64,000 nucleotides of DNA from an uncultured Candidatus Saccharibacteria bacterium (GCA_964602975.1 CAZRTH010000001.1:70303-134302); one strand, 5' to 3'. Positions 37,112-47,291 are shown, counted from the stretch's first letter. A program made the numbers and translations. Notes: generated by a model from the sequence alone, not told the origin.

Positions 37112-38239
37112 TTATACTGCCAATTCCACAATCCCGCCACCGAGACAGACGCCGTCGCGATAGAGCACCACCGACTGCCCTGCCGAAGCAGCAAATTGCG
37201 GATGTGAAAAATGGAGCTGATACAGGCCATCTTTCCTAGGCACTGAGGAAATAGTGCAGCGATCCAGCGGTTGGCGGTAGCGAATTCGAGCCTCACACTC
37301 AGCACCATTTTGCGGCACCTGTCCAGTCCAGCTGACTTGGCCGATAGTGATGACTGTTGCACTTAGTGCGGATGAATTATGCACAGATGAGCCGGTTTCT
37401 GCTTGCGGCCGCTCGGAAACAGTGATGGTATTTGCCTCAATATCCCTTGCAGACACATACAAAGGTGAGTTGGAGTCGGTCTTCGTCGTGAGAGTGAATC
37501 CGTGTCTTTGGCCGATCGTGAAGAAAGTAGCGCCATCGTGTGTTCCGATCACCGACCCAGCTTCACTCAACACTTTCCCTTCTCGCAGCGGAATATAATG
37601 CGCGAGAAAGTCTTTCATGTCGACCTTTCCAATAAAGCAAAGTCCTTGACTGTCTTTTTTCTCGGCGGTCGGTAGGCGAAACCGCTTGGCGAGCTTGCGC
37701 ACCATCGGCTTGGTGAGATGTCCGACGGGAAACAGAATTTTTGAAAGCTGTTCCTGCTTGAGTGTCCACAAAAAATAGGTTTGATCCTTTTCAACGTCCG
37801 CTGACTCGCGCAATTCATACAGACCACTGTTCGAACTACTGCCCGAATCGCTGGCAGGACCTAACATGTTTTGCGCATAGTGCCCGGTGGCGACACAATC
37901 GGCCCCCATCTCCAGAGCTTTTTTCAGAAAGGCGCCGAATTTGATCTGCTTGTTGCACATTACATCCGGATTTGGGGTGCGGCCGGAGCGATATTCGGCG
38001 ATCATATAGTCGACGACGCCTTGTTTGTACTCTTTTTCTAGATCGATAGTGATGAACGGAATATTGATCGCCGCGGCCGCACGCATCGCATCGAGCCGCT
38101 CCTCTTTCCAGTTGCACGGCAAAAAATCTGGCTGCCACACCTTCAAAAAAACTCCGGTCACCTGATGTCCCGCTTTCTTGAGCAACGCCGCGGAGACCGA
38201 GCTATCCACCCCGCCGGACATGCCGACAAAAACTTTCAT
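37112..38239 (-). CDS. mnmA: tRNA 2-thiouridine(34) synthase
   Basis: 375 aa; PP-loop GMSGGVDSSV, catalytic cysteines, MnmA architecture. Confidence 0.9.
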   Translation of the reverse strand: MKVFVGMSGGVDSSVSAALLKKAGHQVTGVFLKVWQPDFLPCNWKEERLDAMRAAAAINIPFITIDLEKEYKQGVVDYMIAEYRSGRTPNPDVMCNKQIKFGAFLKKALEMGADCVATGHYAQNMLGPASDSGSSSNSGLYELRESADVEKDQTYFLWTLKQEQLSKILFPVGHLTKPMVRKLAKRFRLPTAEKKDSQGLCFIGKVDMKDFLAHYIPLREGKVLSEAGSVIGTHDGATFFTIGQRHGFTLTTKTDSNSPLYVSARDIEANTITVSERPQAETGSSVHNSSALSATVITIGQVSWTGQVPQNGAECEARIRYRQPLDRCTISSVPRKDGLYQLHFSHPQFAASAGQSVVLYRDGVCLGGGIVELAV

Positions 38240-38264
38240 GAGATGAATGTAGCATTAAAATTCA

Positions 38265-39260
38265 TTATTGCAAAAACTGCGCCTTGTTCGACAGATGTTC
38301 CTCAAAAGTCCGGCCGTAGTGCATCACGCCCTTCTTGTCGGTGAGGAAGTAGAGATATGGCGTGGAGATCGGGCTGATAGTGGCGTTTATAGAGTCGAGA
38401 CCAGGATTGGTGATCGGCGTTGGCGGCAGGCCTTTGTACAAATAGCTGTTGTACGGCGAATCGATCTTCAAATCTTCCGATGTGAGGGTATCAGTCGTCT
38501 TGCCATTGATATATAAGAATGAGGAGTCAACTTGTAGAGGCATACCGAGAGAAATGCGTTTCCATAAGATACCCGCAATAGTGCGGCGAGTCACGGTGGT
38601 GCGGCCCTCCTCCTCGACGATCGATGCCATTTTCACTACGTCTGAGAGCGGCTTGCCGAACGAATCCAGTGCGGGCCGGATACTCGCGATCTTTTGATCA
38701 AAATTGACACGCATTACTTCCCGCATGTTTTCCGGAGTCACGTTCGGCAAGAAACGATACGTATCGGGAAACAGGTACCCCTCGGATGTAGACGCGATGG
38801 TCAGAAACCTTGCAACATCAAAATTCGGCAACTCCTTCTTGGCGATCACCCCGATCTGTTTTACGCTCGAACCTTCAGGGATCGTCAGCTGTTTATATTC
38901 AATGCCGAAAGCGCCTCTCGAAATGCGCGAAAGAAGTTCGAGCGACGAAAGCGGCGTCCTAAAAAAATACTGCCCTGCCAGCACGCTGCGTTGATTGCCA
39001 GAAATGTAGGCAGACAGAGTAAAGAAGGAAGCCGATCGGATGAAACGTGCGGATTCAAGCTGTTGCGAAAGCTGGCGCAGCGAAACGCCCTCCTCGACCG
39101 AGAAAAAAGAAGCAGCCGGAAAGCCTTCGGGCGGTCGGATGAACAGAGTCCAGAGAATGCTCCACGCGACAAGACAGACGCAGACCGTGATGCCGAAAGC
39201 GGTCGAGAGTGCCTGAAATGGCGATCGAATACTGTCCGGAGAAGCGTCTGAAGTATCCAT
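38265..39260 (-). CDS. mltG: endolytic murein transglycosylase MltG (YceG-like)
   Basis: 331 aa; N-terminal TM, YceG domain with ...LQVDSSFLY...SPYNSYLYKGLPPTPITNPGLDSI. Confidence 0.85.
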   Translation of the reverse strand: MDTSDASPDSIRSPFQALSTAFGITVCVCLVAWSILWTLFIRPPEGFPAASFFSVEEGVSLRQLSQQLESARFIRSASFFTLSAYISGNQRSVLAGQYFFRTPLSSLELLSRISRGAFGIEYKQLTIPEGSSVKQIGVIAKKELPNFDVARFLTIASTSEGYLFPDTYRFLPNVTPENMREVMRVNFDQKIASIRPALDSFGKPLSDVVKMASIVEEEGRTTVTRRTIAGILWKRISLGMPLQVDSSFLYINGKTTDTLTSEDLKIDSPYNSYLYKGLPPTPITNPGLDSINATISPISTPYLYFLTDKKGVMHYGRTFEEHLSNKAQFLQ

Positions 39261-39296
39261 GGGAAATAATGAAAATTGGCGGAATTAAAAACGCAA

Positions 39297-40577
39297 TTAA
39301 ATTGGAAGATTGCTTGGCGCTTCGGAACGTCGAGATTCGATACGATCCAAAGAAGGCGTGGTAGCGGTCGCTCCAGGAAGGTGGAAGATGGTGGCGAGCG
39401 ATTCGGCAGTCATGATAAAAGGCTTTGATTTCCAAAATCGGTATGGATAGGTGAAGAACGAGCGGTGCTTGTAGGCATCGAGAAACATTTTCTCGTAGTG
39501 AGTGCGACGCATTCGGGCGAAGTCCTGCCATGGGTAGTCGAAATCAGTAAAGAAACCGAGCCCAAGGTTGTTGATGTAATTGTAATTGCCGCCGTACTGA
39601 CGAAATGCGCCGATCAAACCCGGCACGCGCACCGGCAGCTTGTTCGCCTCTTTAGTGGCAATATAGAGACCGCGAATGCACGTATCAAACGGCAGCTGAT
39701 GCATATTTTTTTCGATGGCCGCAATGGCATCGGTCTGACCCTTAGTGTAATCCGGGAAACTCCTGGTCTTCTTGCCGTCTTTGTCCTTCACCTCCGGAGT
39801 CGCGGCGTCTTTAATATTTTTGATCTCACCTTCGCAGGCCTTGATCCAATCATCCTTCTTCTTCAAATGTCCTTCAGGTAAACCGAGCTTCTTGTGTGCC
39901 TGGATGAGGATCTGGAACCATGCCTGCTCCCCATTTTGAAGCGAGCCCATCCATTCAAGCAGCGAATTTATCGGATCTATCTTAAACTCCTCTTTTTCAG
40001 AAGCCTTGTCCAAGCCGAAATCCACATAACTCTTAATTTGATACATGTCTTGCGGCTTGCCCGTCTTCTTGTCCTTTCTCGAGTGCACGAAATATGTTCC
40101 CCACATCGGCATCTCTTCCGGATGAGTGAAGACCTGGTCGCTATAATCCGGAACCTCCTCGATCACGATGCCGGGATAATACGCGTACAGCTGTGCCTCG
40201 ATGAGATCCTTGTACTTCGTGTGCGTCCAGATATAGAAATGTACTTTGCCACCAATAGAGGCCATTTCCAACGAGAACCAATTTCGTATCTTGCCGTTGA
40301 CATAGGTGTCGATCCAACTTGCCGAGCCTTTTTGCCAAATAGATGCCAGAAAAATCTCCATCGCCAGCGGCGACTTGGTGACTTCCTTCGGCAATCGAAT
40401 CTCCAGTAGAGTGCCACCTTGTTTTTCCACAAATTCGCTACGGACGTAGTAGAACCAAGTGTGTGCGAATACGAATCCGCAAAAGAACGGCAGCCAGATC
40501 GGATAGAGGGAAAGAAAAGTAGAGACGCTTTGATAGATCAGGTTGCTAAAGTCGGCTGCGAGAACAGATTCCATCAC
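39297..40577 (-). CDS. hypothetical membrane protein (426 aa; 2 N-terminal TM helices, large soluble domain)
   Basis: no recognised motifs; 65 nt downstream of the sigma-r4/HARE-HTH gene on same strand. Confidence 0.55.
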   Translation of the reverse strand: MMESVLAADFSNLIYQSVSTFLSLYPIWLPFFCGFVFAHTWFYYVRSEFVEKQGGTLLEIRLPKEVTKSPLAMEIFLASIWQKGSASWIDTYVNGKIRNWFSLEMASIGGKVHFYIWTHTKYKDLIEAQLYAYYPGIVIEEVPDYSDQVFTHPEEMPMWGTYFVHSRKDKKTGKPQDMYQIKSYVDFGLDKASEKEEFKIDPINSLLEWMGSLQNGEQAWFQILIQAHKKLGLPEGHLKKKDDWIKACEGEIKNIKDAATPEVKDKDGKKTRSFPDYTKGQTDAIAAIEKNMHQLPFDTCIRGLYIATKEANKLPVRVPGLIGAFRQYGGNYNYINNLGLGFFTDFDYPWQDFARMRRTHYEKMFLDAYKHRSFFTYPYRFWKSKPFIMTAESLATIFHLPGATATTPSLDRIESRRSEAPSNLPI

Positions 40578-40642
40578 TCAATGATACAAAAAAAGACCGC
40601 CCCACTCAAGGGACAGTCTTTTTTGCTCGTTCAGAGTCTTGC

Positions 40643-41752
40643 TTACGCCTTCACTGCCGGAGAGAAGCTCACGACTACCGAATACTTCCCCTCCTTGTCT
40701 TTCTTGAAATGCTTCGGATTTTGAAGGTTGACCATGATAGTGTTCTCTTTCACATATCGCTCTTTGAGTACCTTCTCGACGATCTCGCTCTTGTTGAGCG
40801 GACCACTCTTTTCGATGATCTTTTTGATCACATCCTTCACAACGCCACTCATATAGCCCCATTCAGCGAGTGCGTAGAGACCGCGACCGACAAGCACGAA
40901 GCGTGAGTCCTTGATGAGCTCGTTGTGGCAAGTAGCGACATGAGCCTTGATGTTGAAGATCTTTTCGATGTTCTTTGCGACCTGAGTGAAGTGGATCGGC
41001 GAACCGTGCTTTCGGATAACGAGAAACGCGTAGTCTCGCATGCCCTTCGTCTTGATATTTGGAGAATCAGCCAAGCCCCACTCACCGAGCGGATTTTGCG
41101 CGATCTTCTTTGAAAGCTTAAGCCATCGGCGAACTACTTCTTCATTCTTGTATTTCTCAGACACATCCTTGAGATGCTCGAGGAACTTGTTGACCATCTC
41201 TGATTCAGAGAGCAGGTCGTCATTCGAGATATTCTTGTACAGCTTGTGGAGAGAGCCTTCTACCTGCTTTGCGAGCTCTTCATTTACATGCCATCGGTGA
41301 TTGAAATGTTCGTCTTCTTTCTGGCGCTTGAAGATGTCACCGAGAACAAGAAGAAAATTGAGATGGTTTTGGAGAGACGCGTCTTTTGAAATATGGGAAA
41401 GGAGGTCATCTTCTACCACAACCCCACCGAGAGAGTGGAGCACTTGCTCGAGGTCGGCAAAAGCGGTCTTTTCTTTTCCATACACATCAGACTTGCGGAT
41501 ATTGGCGATAGCGTAATTTTCGATCTGTCGGACTCGCTCTCGGGTGATGCCGTATTTCTTGCCGATCGCTTCGAGCGTAAGGCGCTTTGCTTCCTTGCCA
41601 AGACCATAACGAGCAACGATCACTTCCTGAGCGCGGTCAGGTAGCACGGCGATCAGCCGCTTGGTCACTTGTTTTGGTTTGAAGCTAATAGTGCTCATAT
41701 TTTTCTTTATTGGTGATTGAACCAAATTATCATTGATAGTCATAATAGTCAA
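40643..41752 (-). CDS. DNA-binding protein with N-terminal sigma-70 region-4-like HTH and C-terminal HARE-HTH-like domain
   Basis: 369 aa; res ~30-90 LIAVLPDRAQEVIVARYGLGKEAKRLTLEAIGKKYGITRERVRQIENYAIANIRK (sigma70 r4); res ~225-290 ...FLVIRKHGSPIHFTQVAKNIEK...SRFVLVGRGLYALAEWGY (HARE-HTH). Confidence 0.6.
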   Translation of the reverse strand: MTIMTINDNLVQSPIKKNMSTISFKPKQVTKRLIAVLPDRAQEVIVARYGLGKEAKRLTLEAIGKKYGITRERVRQIENYAIANIRKSDVYGKEKTAFADLEQVLHSLGGVVVEDDLLSHISKDASLQNHLNFLLVLGDIFKRQKEDEHFNHRWHVNEELAKQVEGSLHKLYKNISNDDLLSESEMVNKFLEHLKDVSEKYKNEEVVRRWLKLSKKIAQNPLGEWGLADSPNIKTKGMRDYAFLVIRKHGSPIHFTQVAKNIEKIFNIKAHVATCHNELIKDSRFVLVGRGLYALAEWGYMSGVVKDVIKKIIEKSGPLNKSEIVEKVLKERYVKENTIMVNLQNPKHFKKDKEGKYSVVVSFSPAVKA

Positions 41753-41794
41753 GCTTTGTCAAAAAGTCAAGCGGGAGGCGGGTTTTTGTGGTAT

Positions 41795-44764
41795 TTATCC
41801 CGCCACGACCACGCTCACCAACTTCCCTTTTACGACGATAACTTTCTTCACTGGCTTGCCTGCGATCCACTTCTGCACTTCCAGCAAGGCCAGGGCAAGC
41901 TTCTCCAAGTCAGCATCCGTCGCGTCGCTCGGCGCGGCAAATTCCGCTCGCACCTTGCCATTCACCTGCACGCCGATCTTACGGCTGGCTTCGCGGATTT
42001 TCGCCTCGTCGCAGACCGGCCAGGCGGATAGATGGATACTTGTTTTGTTGCCAAGCTGTGCCCAAAGTTCTTCTGACATATGAGGTGCAAAAGGTGCGAG
42101 CAGTTTCAAGAACGTTTCATATTGTTCCCGGGACACGCCGGCAGCTTGCTCGTCCAGCGCATTGAGCAAGATCATCATTGTGCTGATCGCGGTGTTGAAT
42201 TTCATTTCCGCGATGTCCGCCCCAACTTTTTTAACAGTCTTGTGTAGCAAGGACTCCAATTCACTAGTCGGGACAGCGACAGAAGTGGAAGCGGGGGCGG
42301 AAGTGGCGGTCACCTTCCCTGCCAGTTTCCACACGCGCTCCAAGAAGCGACGTGAGCCGATCATGCTGTTGGTGTTCCACGCGATCTGTTGATCGAACGG
42401 ACCCATGAACATTTCATATACACGCAAAGTGTCGGCACCATACGTAGCAATGATCTCGTCCGGATTCACGACATTCCCCCAACGCTTCGACATCTTTCTG
42501 CCATCTTCGGCCATGATGAGTCCGACATGCTGGAGCTTTTTAAATGGCTCGGTGGTTGAGACGACACGAATGTCGTAGAGGAATTTGTGCCAGAAGCGAG
42601 CGTAGATCAGGTGGCGTGTCGCGTGCTCTGCCCCACCGACATAGAGATCAACCGGTGCCCAATACTGCTCCGCTCGAGGATCGACAAGCGCCTTTTTGTT
42701 GCGCGCGTCCATGTATCGCAAGTAGTACCAGCTTGAACCCGCCCATTGCGGCATGGTGTTGGTCTCGCGACGAGACTTGCCACGACACTTCGGACACTTG
42801 GTGTTCACCCACTTTTCGATCGCAGCCAAAGGCGACTCACCAGTGCCAGTTGGCTCGTATGACTTCACCTTCGGGAGTTTCACTGGCAGGTCTTTTTCGG
42901 GAACAGGTACAACCCCGCACTTCTCGCAATGCACCACAGGGATCGGCTCGCCCCAATATCGCTGACGTGAGAACACCCAATCGCGGAGGCGGTAGGTTGT
43001 TTTCTTGGTGGCAAGATTCTTCGACTCGAGATAAGCAATGATCTCATTTCGCACGCCGCGCGCGTTTTTACCGGCAAATTCTTTCGGCTCGGACAGAATA
43101 CCTGTTTGAGCATCGGCAAAACATATTTCCTGTTTACGCACCTTTTCAGCAAGCGCTTCGTCCTTCGGATACAAAACTGTCTTGAGTGTGATCCCGTATT
43201 TCTTGGCGAAAGCAAAGTCGCGCGGGTCGTGCGCAGAACACTTCACGATACCGGTACCGTAGTCGGCCAAAGCAAAGCTCGCAACCCAGATCGGCAGATC
43301 GCCATTTCCAAGCGGATCGACGATGTAGCGGCCAGTAAAAATACCTTCAGATTCTTTTTCTTCAGCAAATCCCTGCTGCGCGCGCTTTGCAACCAAGCCA
43401 GCAGAGAAGTCGAGAACCTTCTGTTTGTCCTTTGTTCCCTCGAGCAAGGTTGACAGAAACGGATGATCCGGAGCGATGACGACAAATGTGTCGGCATAGC
43501 ACGCCTCGAAGTGTGCGGAGAATGTCTGGATGGTGAGGCTTGTATCTTTCACAGGTGCAGTGAAGATCATGCCGTCGCTCTTACCGATCCAATTCCGCTG
43601 AAGCTCTTTAATAGAGGTCGGCCAATCGAGCGCGGGCCGTCCAGCCTTCGCCTTGCCGATGAAAACATCCCAGAGATAATTCATGTCCGGACGATTCAAA
43701 AAACCGGCAACCTCCGCACGCGGCAGCCAGACCACTTCGTGAAGTGCCTTCTCCTTTTCATCAGCATCTTTCCACGCGTCATCCACGAGCTCGAGATACA
43801 CGCCGGTGAAATGCGCGAAGCGATTCACTTTTTTGATCGCCTGATAAAATTGGGAGTCGATCTGACCGAATTCGCGGACAAACCGGACATTCTGATAGCC
43901 AGTCTCCTCTTGCACTTCGCGCATCGCCGCCTCAGCGAGTTGTTCGCCTTTTTCTACGCCGCCAACTACAAGACCATGCCAATCATTACTCTTCCAACGC
44001 AGACACAAATACTTGTCTTCAGACCAATGCTTCACGACGCACACGACGGCATTTCGCTCCTCTAGCGGCAGGCCGGGGCGCACTGCGTCGGGGCCAGAAT
44101 CACGGATCATGAGGGGCTTTTCTGTCGCATCCAGATCAGCCAGCAGTCGCTCGGCATAATCAGTGATCTTCAAGACCCACTGACGGATGGGCTTTTTCTC
44201 CACGACGCTACCACAGCGTTCGCACTTGCCATCCTCGAGATCCTCGTTGGCAAGACCGGTCTTGCAGGAAGGACACCAGTTGATCGGCTCGTGCGATTGA
44301 TACGCTAGACCTTTCTCGAGCAATTTCAGGAAGATCCATTGCGTCCACTTGTAGTAGGCGGGGTCGGTGGTGTTGATCTCTCGCGACCTGTCATAGTCGA
44401 AGCCGAACATCTCGAGCTGCTCCTTGTAGCGCTGAACGTTCTTCTCCACAGCGATCGCCGGATTGGTCTTCATCTTGATCGCGTAGTTTTCTGCTGGAAG
44501 GCCGAAAGCGTCAAAACCCATCGGGTGCAGCACCGAATGACCTTGCATGCGCTTCATACGCGACACAACATCGGTAGCGATGTAGCCCTTCGGGTGACCG
44601 ACATGGAGACCTTCACCGGATGGATACGGGAACATGTCGAGGACGTAGAAGGCGTCTTTCTTCGCATCCTCCTTGGTCGCGTAGATCTTTTTCTTCGCCC
44701 ACTGCTTCTGCCACTTGTTCTCTATCTTCGAGTGATCGTATGCGGGCAGTTTCTGCGATTTCAT
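41795..44764 (-). CDS. leuS: leucine--tRNA ligase with an inserted Nudix hydrolase domain
   Basis: 989 aa; HIGH-type motif PYPSGEGLHVGHP, ZN-1 CPSCKTG..CERCG, CP1 editing domain, KMSKS region; Nudix box GGVEKGEQLAEAAMREVQEETGY at res ~268-290. Confidence 0.95.
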   Translation of the reverse strand: MKSQKLPAYDHSKIENKWQKQWAKKKIYATKEDAKKDAFYVLDMFPYPSGEGLHVGHPKGYIATDVVSRMKRMQGHSVLHPMGFDAFGLPAENYAIKMKTNPAIAVEKNVQRYKEQLEMFGFDYDRSREINTTDPAYYKWTQWIFLKLLEKGLAYQSHEPINWCPSCKTGLANEDLEDGKCERCGSVVEKKPIRQWVLKITDYAERLLADLDATEKPLMIRDSGPDAVRPGLPLEERNAVVCVVKHWSEDKYLCLRWKSNDWHGLVVGGVEKGEQLAEAAMREVQEETGYQNVRFVREFGQIDSQFYQAIKKVNRFAHFTGVYLELVDDAWKDADEKEKALHEVVWLPRAEVAGFLNRPDMNYLWDVFIGKAKAGRPALDWPTSIKELQRNWIGKSDGMIFTAPVKDTSLTIQTFSAHFEACYADTFVVIAPDHPFLSTLLEGTKDKQKVLDFSAGLVAKRAQQGFAEEKESEGIFTGRYIVDPLGNGDLPIWVASFALADYGTGIVKCSAHDPRDFAFAKKYGITLKTVLYPKDEALAEKVRKQEICFADAQTGILSEPKEFAGKNARGVRNEIIAYLESKNLATKKTTYRLRDWVFSRQRYWGEPIPVVHCEKCGVVPVPEKDLPVKLPKVKSYEPTGTGESPLAAIEKWVNTKCPKCRGKSRRETNTMPQWAGSSWYYLRYMDARNKKALVDPRAEQYWAPVDLYVGGAEHATRHLIYARFWHKFLYDIRVVSTTEPFKKLQHVGLIMAEDGRKMSKRWGNVVNPDEIIATYGADTLRVYEMFMGPFDQQIAWNTNSMIGSRRFLERVWKLAGKVTATSAPASTSVAVPTSELESLLHKTVKKVGADIAEMKFNTAISTMMILLNALDEQAAGVSREQYETFLKLLAPFAPHMSEELWAQLGNKTSIHLSAWPVCDEAKIREASRKIGVQVNGKVRAEFAAPSDATDADLEKLALALLEVQKWIAGKPVKKVIVVKGKLVSVVVAG

Positions 44765-44906
44765 AGTGCAGTAAACTATACAACAAAATGGCCAAATGAA
44801 AAAGTTGCTGCCTTCTCACAGATAAATTGACCACATTCTTTGATAGGTATACTCTTATCTGTAGCAACGAAACCCCGACAACCGCAACACTTCACCGAAT
44901 TGCACG

Positions 44907-45509
44907 ATGAAAATTTTCAGCGATCATCCGAACGCGCTCGAATTGGTTGAGTATTTCGAGCGGTGGCTCGCAGTCGTCCCTCCCCATTGGAGAGAGATCC
45001 TTGGAAAGGTCCACATCCACCTCACGTCAATGCGACTCGATGAAATGCCGGTGACACGCGAAGCTGCCACTGCAGAACAAGCTGCTCTTGCCGAGCAAAT
45101 GAAAAAGGCTGGCACGTGGAAGCCTGATATGGACGTCATGTGCTGCCGTGCGAGCAAGAGAGGAAGCGATGGACATCACGTGATCTATCAGATGATTCAG
45201 GAAGAAGATGTAAACGAAGATACGCTGAGCCATATCGCTACTGAAGTATTGACCTGCATCGGCAAAGTAGCGTTCTCCATCGTCAATACTCGAGCGAAAG
45301 TGCTTGTCGAGCAAGACCCTCAGGTCACTCGGTGGCACGGTTCTCTGAGTGAAACGGCTCGACGTGATCTCTTTGGAGTGTTCTTTATGCTCGTCTGTTT
45401 TCCGAAGCTACCAACCGGACGGCATCACCGAAAGAGAATGAGGTTGGTTCACCGTGTGGATCAAATCGTGCGCGAGACTGTTGAGTGCGAACTGTCCTTT
45501 GCGGAGTAA
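44907..45509 (+). CDS. hypothetical protein (200 aa)
   Basis: ORF with TTGACC-15-TATACT promoter-like hexamers ~44827-44853 upstream; no motifs. Confidence 0.45.
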   Translation: MKIFSDHPNALELVEYFERWLAVVPPHWREILGKVHIHLTSMRLDEMPVTREAATAEQAALAEQMKKAGTWKPDMDVMCCRASKRGSDGHHVIYQMIQEEDVNEDTLSHIATEVLTCIGKVAFSIVNTRAKVLVEQDPQVTRWHGSLSETARRDLFGVFFMLVCFPKLPTGRHHRKRMRLVHRVDQIVRETVECELSFAE

Positions 45510-45575
45510 TGCGGATTTTTCAGCAAACCGAAACCGTTTGACGGGAGTAGGTTTTTTTATCGCAAAAAAAGAAAA

Positions 45576-45600
45576 GCCGGCGCCATGGAATGGCGCCGGC
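45576..45600 (-). terminator. terminator hairpin GCCGGCGCCAT-gga-ATGGCGCCGGC with flanking A/T tracts
   Basis: 11-bp perfect stem; on minus strand followed by TTTTCTTTTTTT; lies between convergent genes. Confidence 0.55.
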
Positions 45601-45634
45601 TGAGGAAACGTTACGGCAATCCGACAAGCAGAGA

Positions 45635-46018
45635 TCAGTCGGCTTTTGGCTCATCTGGCTTGCGAACGCCAAGCTTCTGAAGCACGAAGTTCAAATGAGC
45701 CATATCAGCAGCTCTCGCCGCGAGGACTGGGCGAACAAAGAGTCGCCACCAGGTGATCGCCGTGACCAGAAAAACGGAAGCGAGAGCCGCGATCTGTCGC
45801 GCCGTTGAGTGGTCACCTGTCCCAAAACACGCGACACCGAGGGCGAGCAGGAGGGCCAGGAGAGCAAGGATGATGCTGAGCATGAAACGACAGAGCGCCT
45901 CAAACGGACCGGGCTGCCGCGGCTTGGATGGCAATTCAGGATTCATACGTGTGAAGAACAGGGGTTGACCGAAGATTACGTTAAAAACTGACCGACCAGC
46001 AGTATAACCCAGATGCAA
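45635..46018 (-). CDS. hypothetical small membrane protein (start possibly internal Met at ~45946)
   Basis: two hydrophobic helices (LSIILALLALLLALGVACF; IAALASVFLVTAITWW). Confidence 0.45.
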   Translation of the reverse strand: MHLGYTAGRSVFNVIFGQPLFFTRMNPELPSKPRQPGPFEALCRFMLSIILALLALLLALGVACFGTGDHSTARQIAALASVFLVTAITWWRLFVRPVLAARAADMAHLNFVLQKLGVRKPDEPKAD

Positions 46019-46047
46019 CCTTTTGTCGACCCCCTCAATCCACCTAA

Positions 46048-47157
46048 TTAACCAACCTTAAATTCCAAAACGTCACCATCCTGCACGATGTATTCCTTCC
46101 CTTCTGTACGGAGCAGGCCTTTCTCTCGAGCGGCAGCAAAAGATCCTGCTTCAAGCAATGTGTCCCAATGGATCACCTCGGCCTTCACGAATCGGTCTTT
46201 GAAGTCGTTGTGGATAGCGGTGCCAGCGATAGGCGCGGTCGAACCCTTGCGGATCGTCCAAGCCCGAGTCTCTTTTTCGCCAGTGGTGAAGTAGGTCATG
46301 AGACCAAGCAAGTCGTAGCTCGATCGGATGAGATTGTCGATGCCGTCATCTTTGCCGCCTAGCTCTTTGCGGAACATTTCCTTCTCTTCACCCTTCATAT
46401 CTTTGAGCTCGTGCTCCACGCCGGCATCTACGATCACGTACTGCGCTTTTTGTTCAGTGAGGTACGCAAGTAGCGCGGCAAAGCGAGGCTCCTTTCCGCC
46501 ATCGATCTCATCGAGATTTTTTCCGCCCGCTTTTTTATTCAAACAATAGAGGATCGGCTTCATGGTGAGCAGGTGCATTCCTTTGGCAAAAGGGAGTTCT
46601 TCGTCTTTGAACGCCAAAGAGTTCGCGAGCTTGCCCTGATCGAGCGTTGCTTTGATCCGCTCGAGCACCGCCGCTTCAGCTACCGCAGCCTTGTCGCCGC
46701 GCTTCACATCACGCACTAGGTTCACCAGACGCTTCTTCACGGTCTCCTGATCGGCCATGATGAGCTCGAGATTGATCGTCTCGATGTCGCCCTTCGGATC
46801 TACCTTGCCGTGCACGTGGATCACTTTGTCATCTTCGAAAATACGCACCACTTCGAGGATGGCATCGGTCTCGCGAATGTTGGTGAGAAACTTGTTGCCC
46901 AAGCCCTCACCCTCGGAGGCACCTTTCACAAGCCCCGCGATATCGACAAACTCCACGATCGCCGGAACAGTCTTCTGAGTCTTAGAAAAATCCGACAGCT
47001 TCCAGAGACGCTCGTCAGGAACGGCCACCACACCCACTGAAGGATCAATAGTGCAGAAAGGATAATTTTCAGCCGGTACCGACTTCAGTGTCAGCGCGTT
47101 GAACAACGTCGATTTGCCGACATTCGGGAGGCCTACGATGCCTATAGAAAGAGACAT
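46048..47157 (-). CDS. ychF: ribosome-binding ATPase YchF (Obg-family GTPase fold)
   Basis: 369 aa; [24 protein letters not shown]4 motif, C-terminal TGS domain ...[12 protein letters not shown]. Confidence 0.92.
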   Translation of the reverse strand: MSLSIGIVGLPNVGKSTLFNALTLKSVPAENYPFCTIDPSVGVVAVPDERLWKLSDFSKTQKTVPAIVEFVDIAGLVKGASEGEGLGNKFLTNIRETDAILEVVRIFEDDKVIHVHGKVDPKGDIETINLELIMADQETVKKRLVNLVRDVKRGDKAAVAEAAVLERIKATLDQGKLANSLAFKDEELPFAKGMHLLTMKPILYCLNKKAGGKNLDEIDGGKEPRFAALLAYLTEQKAQYVIVDAGVEHELKDMKGEEKEMFRKELGGKDDGIDNLIRSSYDLLGLMTYFTTGEKETRAWTIRKGSTAPIAGTAIHNDFKDRFVKAEVIHWDTLLEAGSFAAAREKGLLRTEGKEYIVQDGDVLEFKVG

Positions 47158-47163
47158 CGGCTA

Positions 47164-47192
47164 TTTATATCAGGATTTTGTCAAAATACCAA
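47164..47192 (-). promoter_or_regulatory. promoter TTGGTA-17-TATAAA ending 6 nt before ychF ATG (leaderless arrangement)
   Basis: minus strand: TTGGTAttttgacaaaatcctgaTATAAAtagccgATG. Confidence 0.4.
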
Positions 47193-47213
47193 GGAAACGT
47201 TCGCTTAATAATA

Positions 47214-47242
47214 TTGACATTTTCGCACAAACGGTGTATAGT
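47214..47242 (+). promoter_or_regulatory. sigma70 promoter TTGACA-17-TATAGT
   Basis: ~50 nt upstream of ATG 47292, which is preceded by GAAAGG. Confidence 0.55.
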
Positions 47243-47291
47243 AGTGTCTGATTTTCGCCGCTTGACAACACTTTATACGAAAGGCTTCCCC

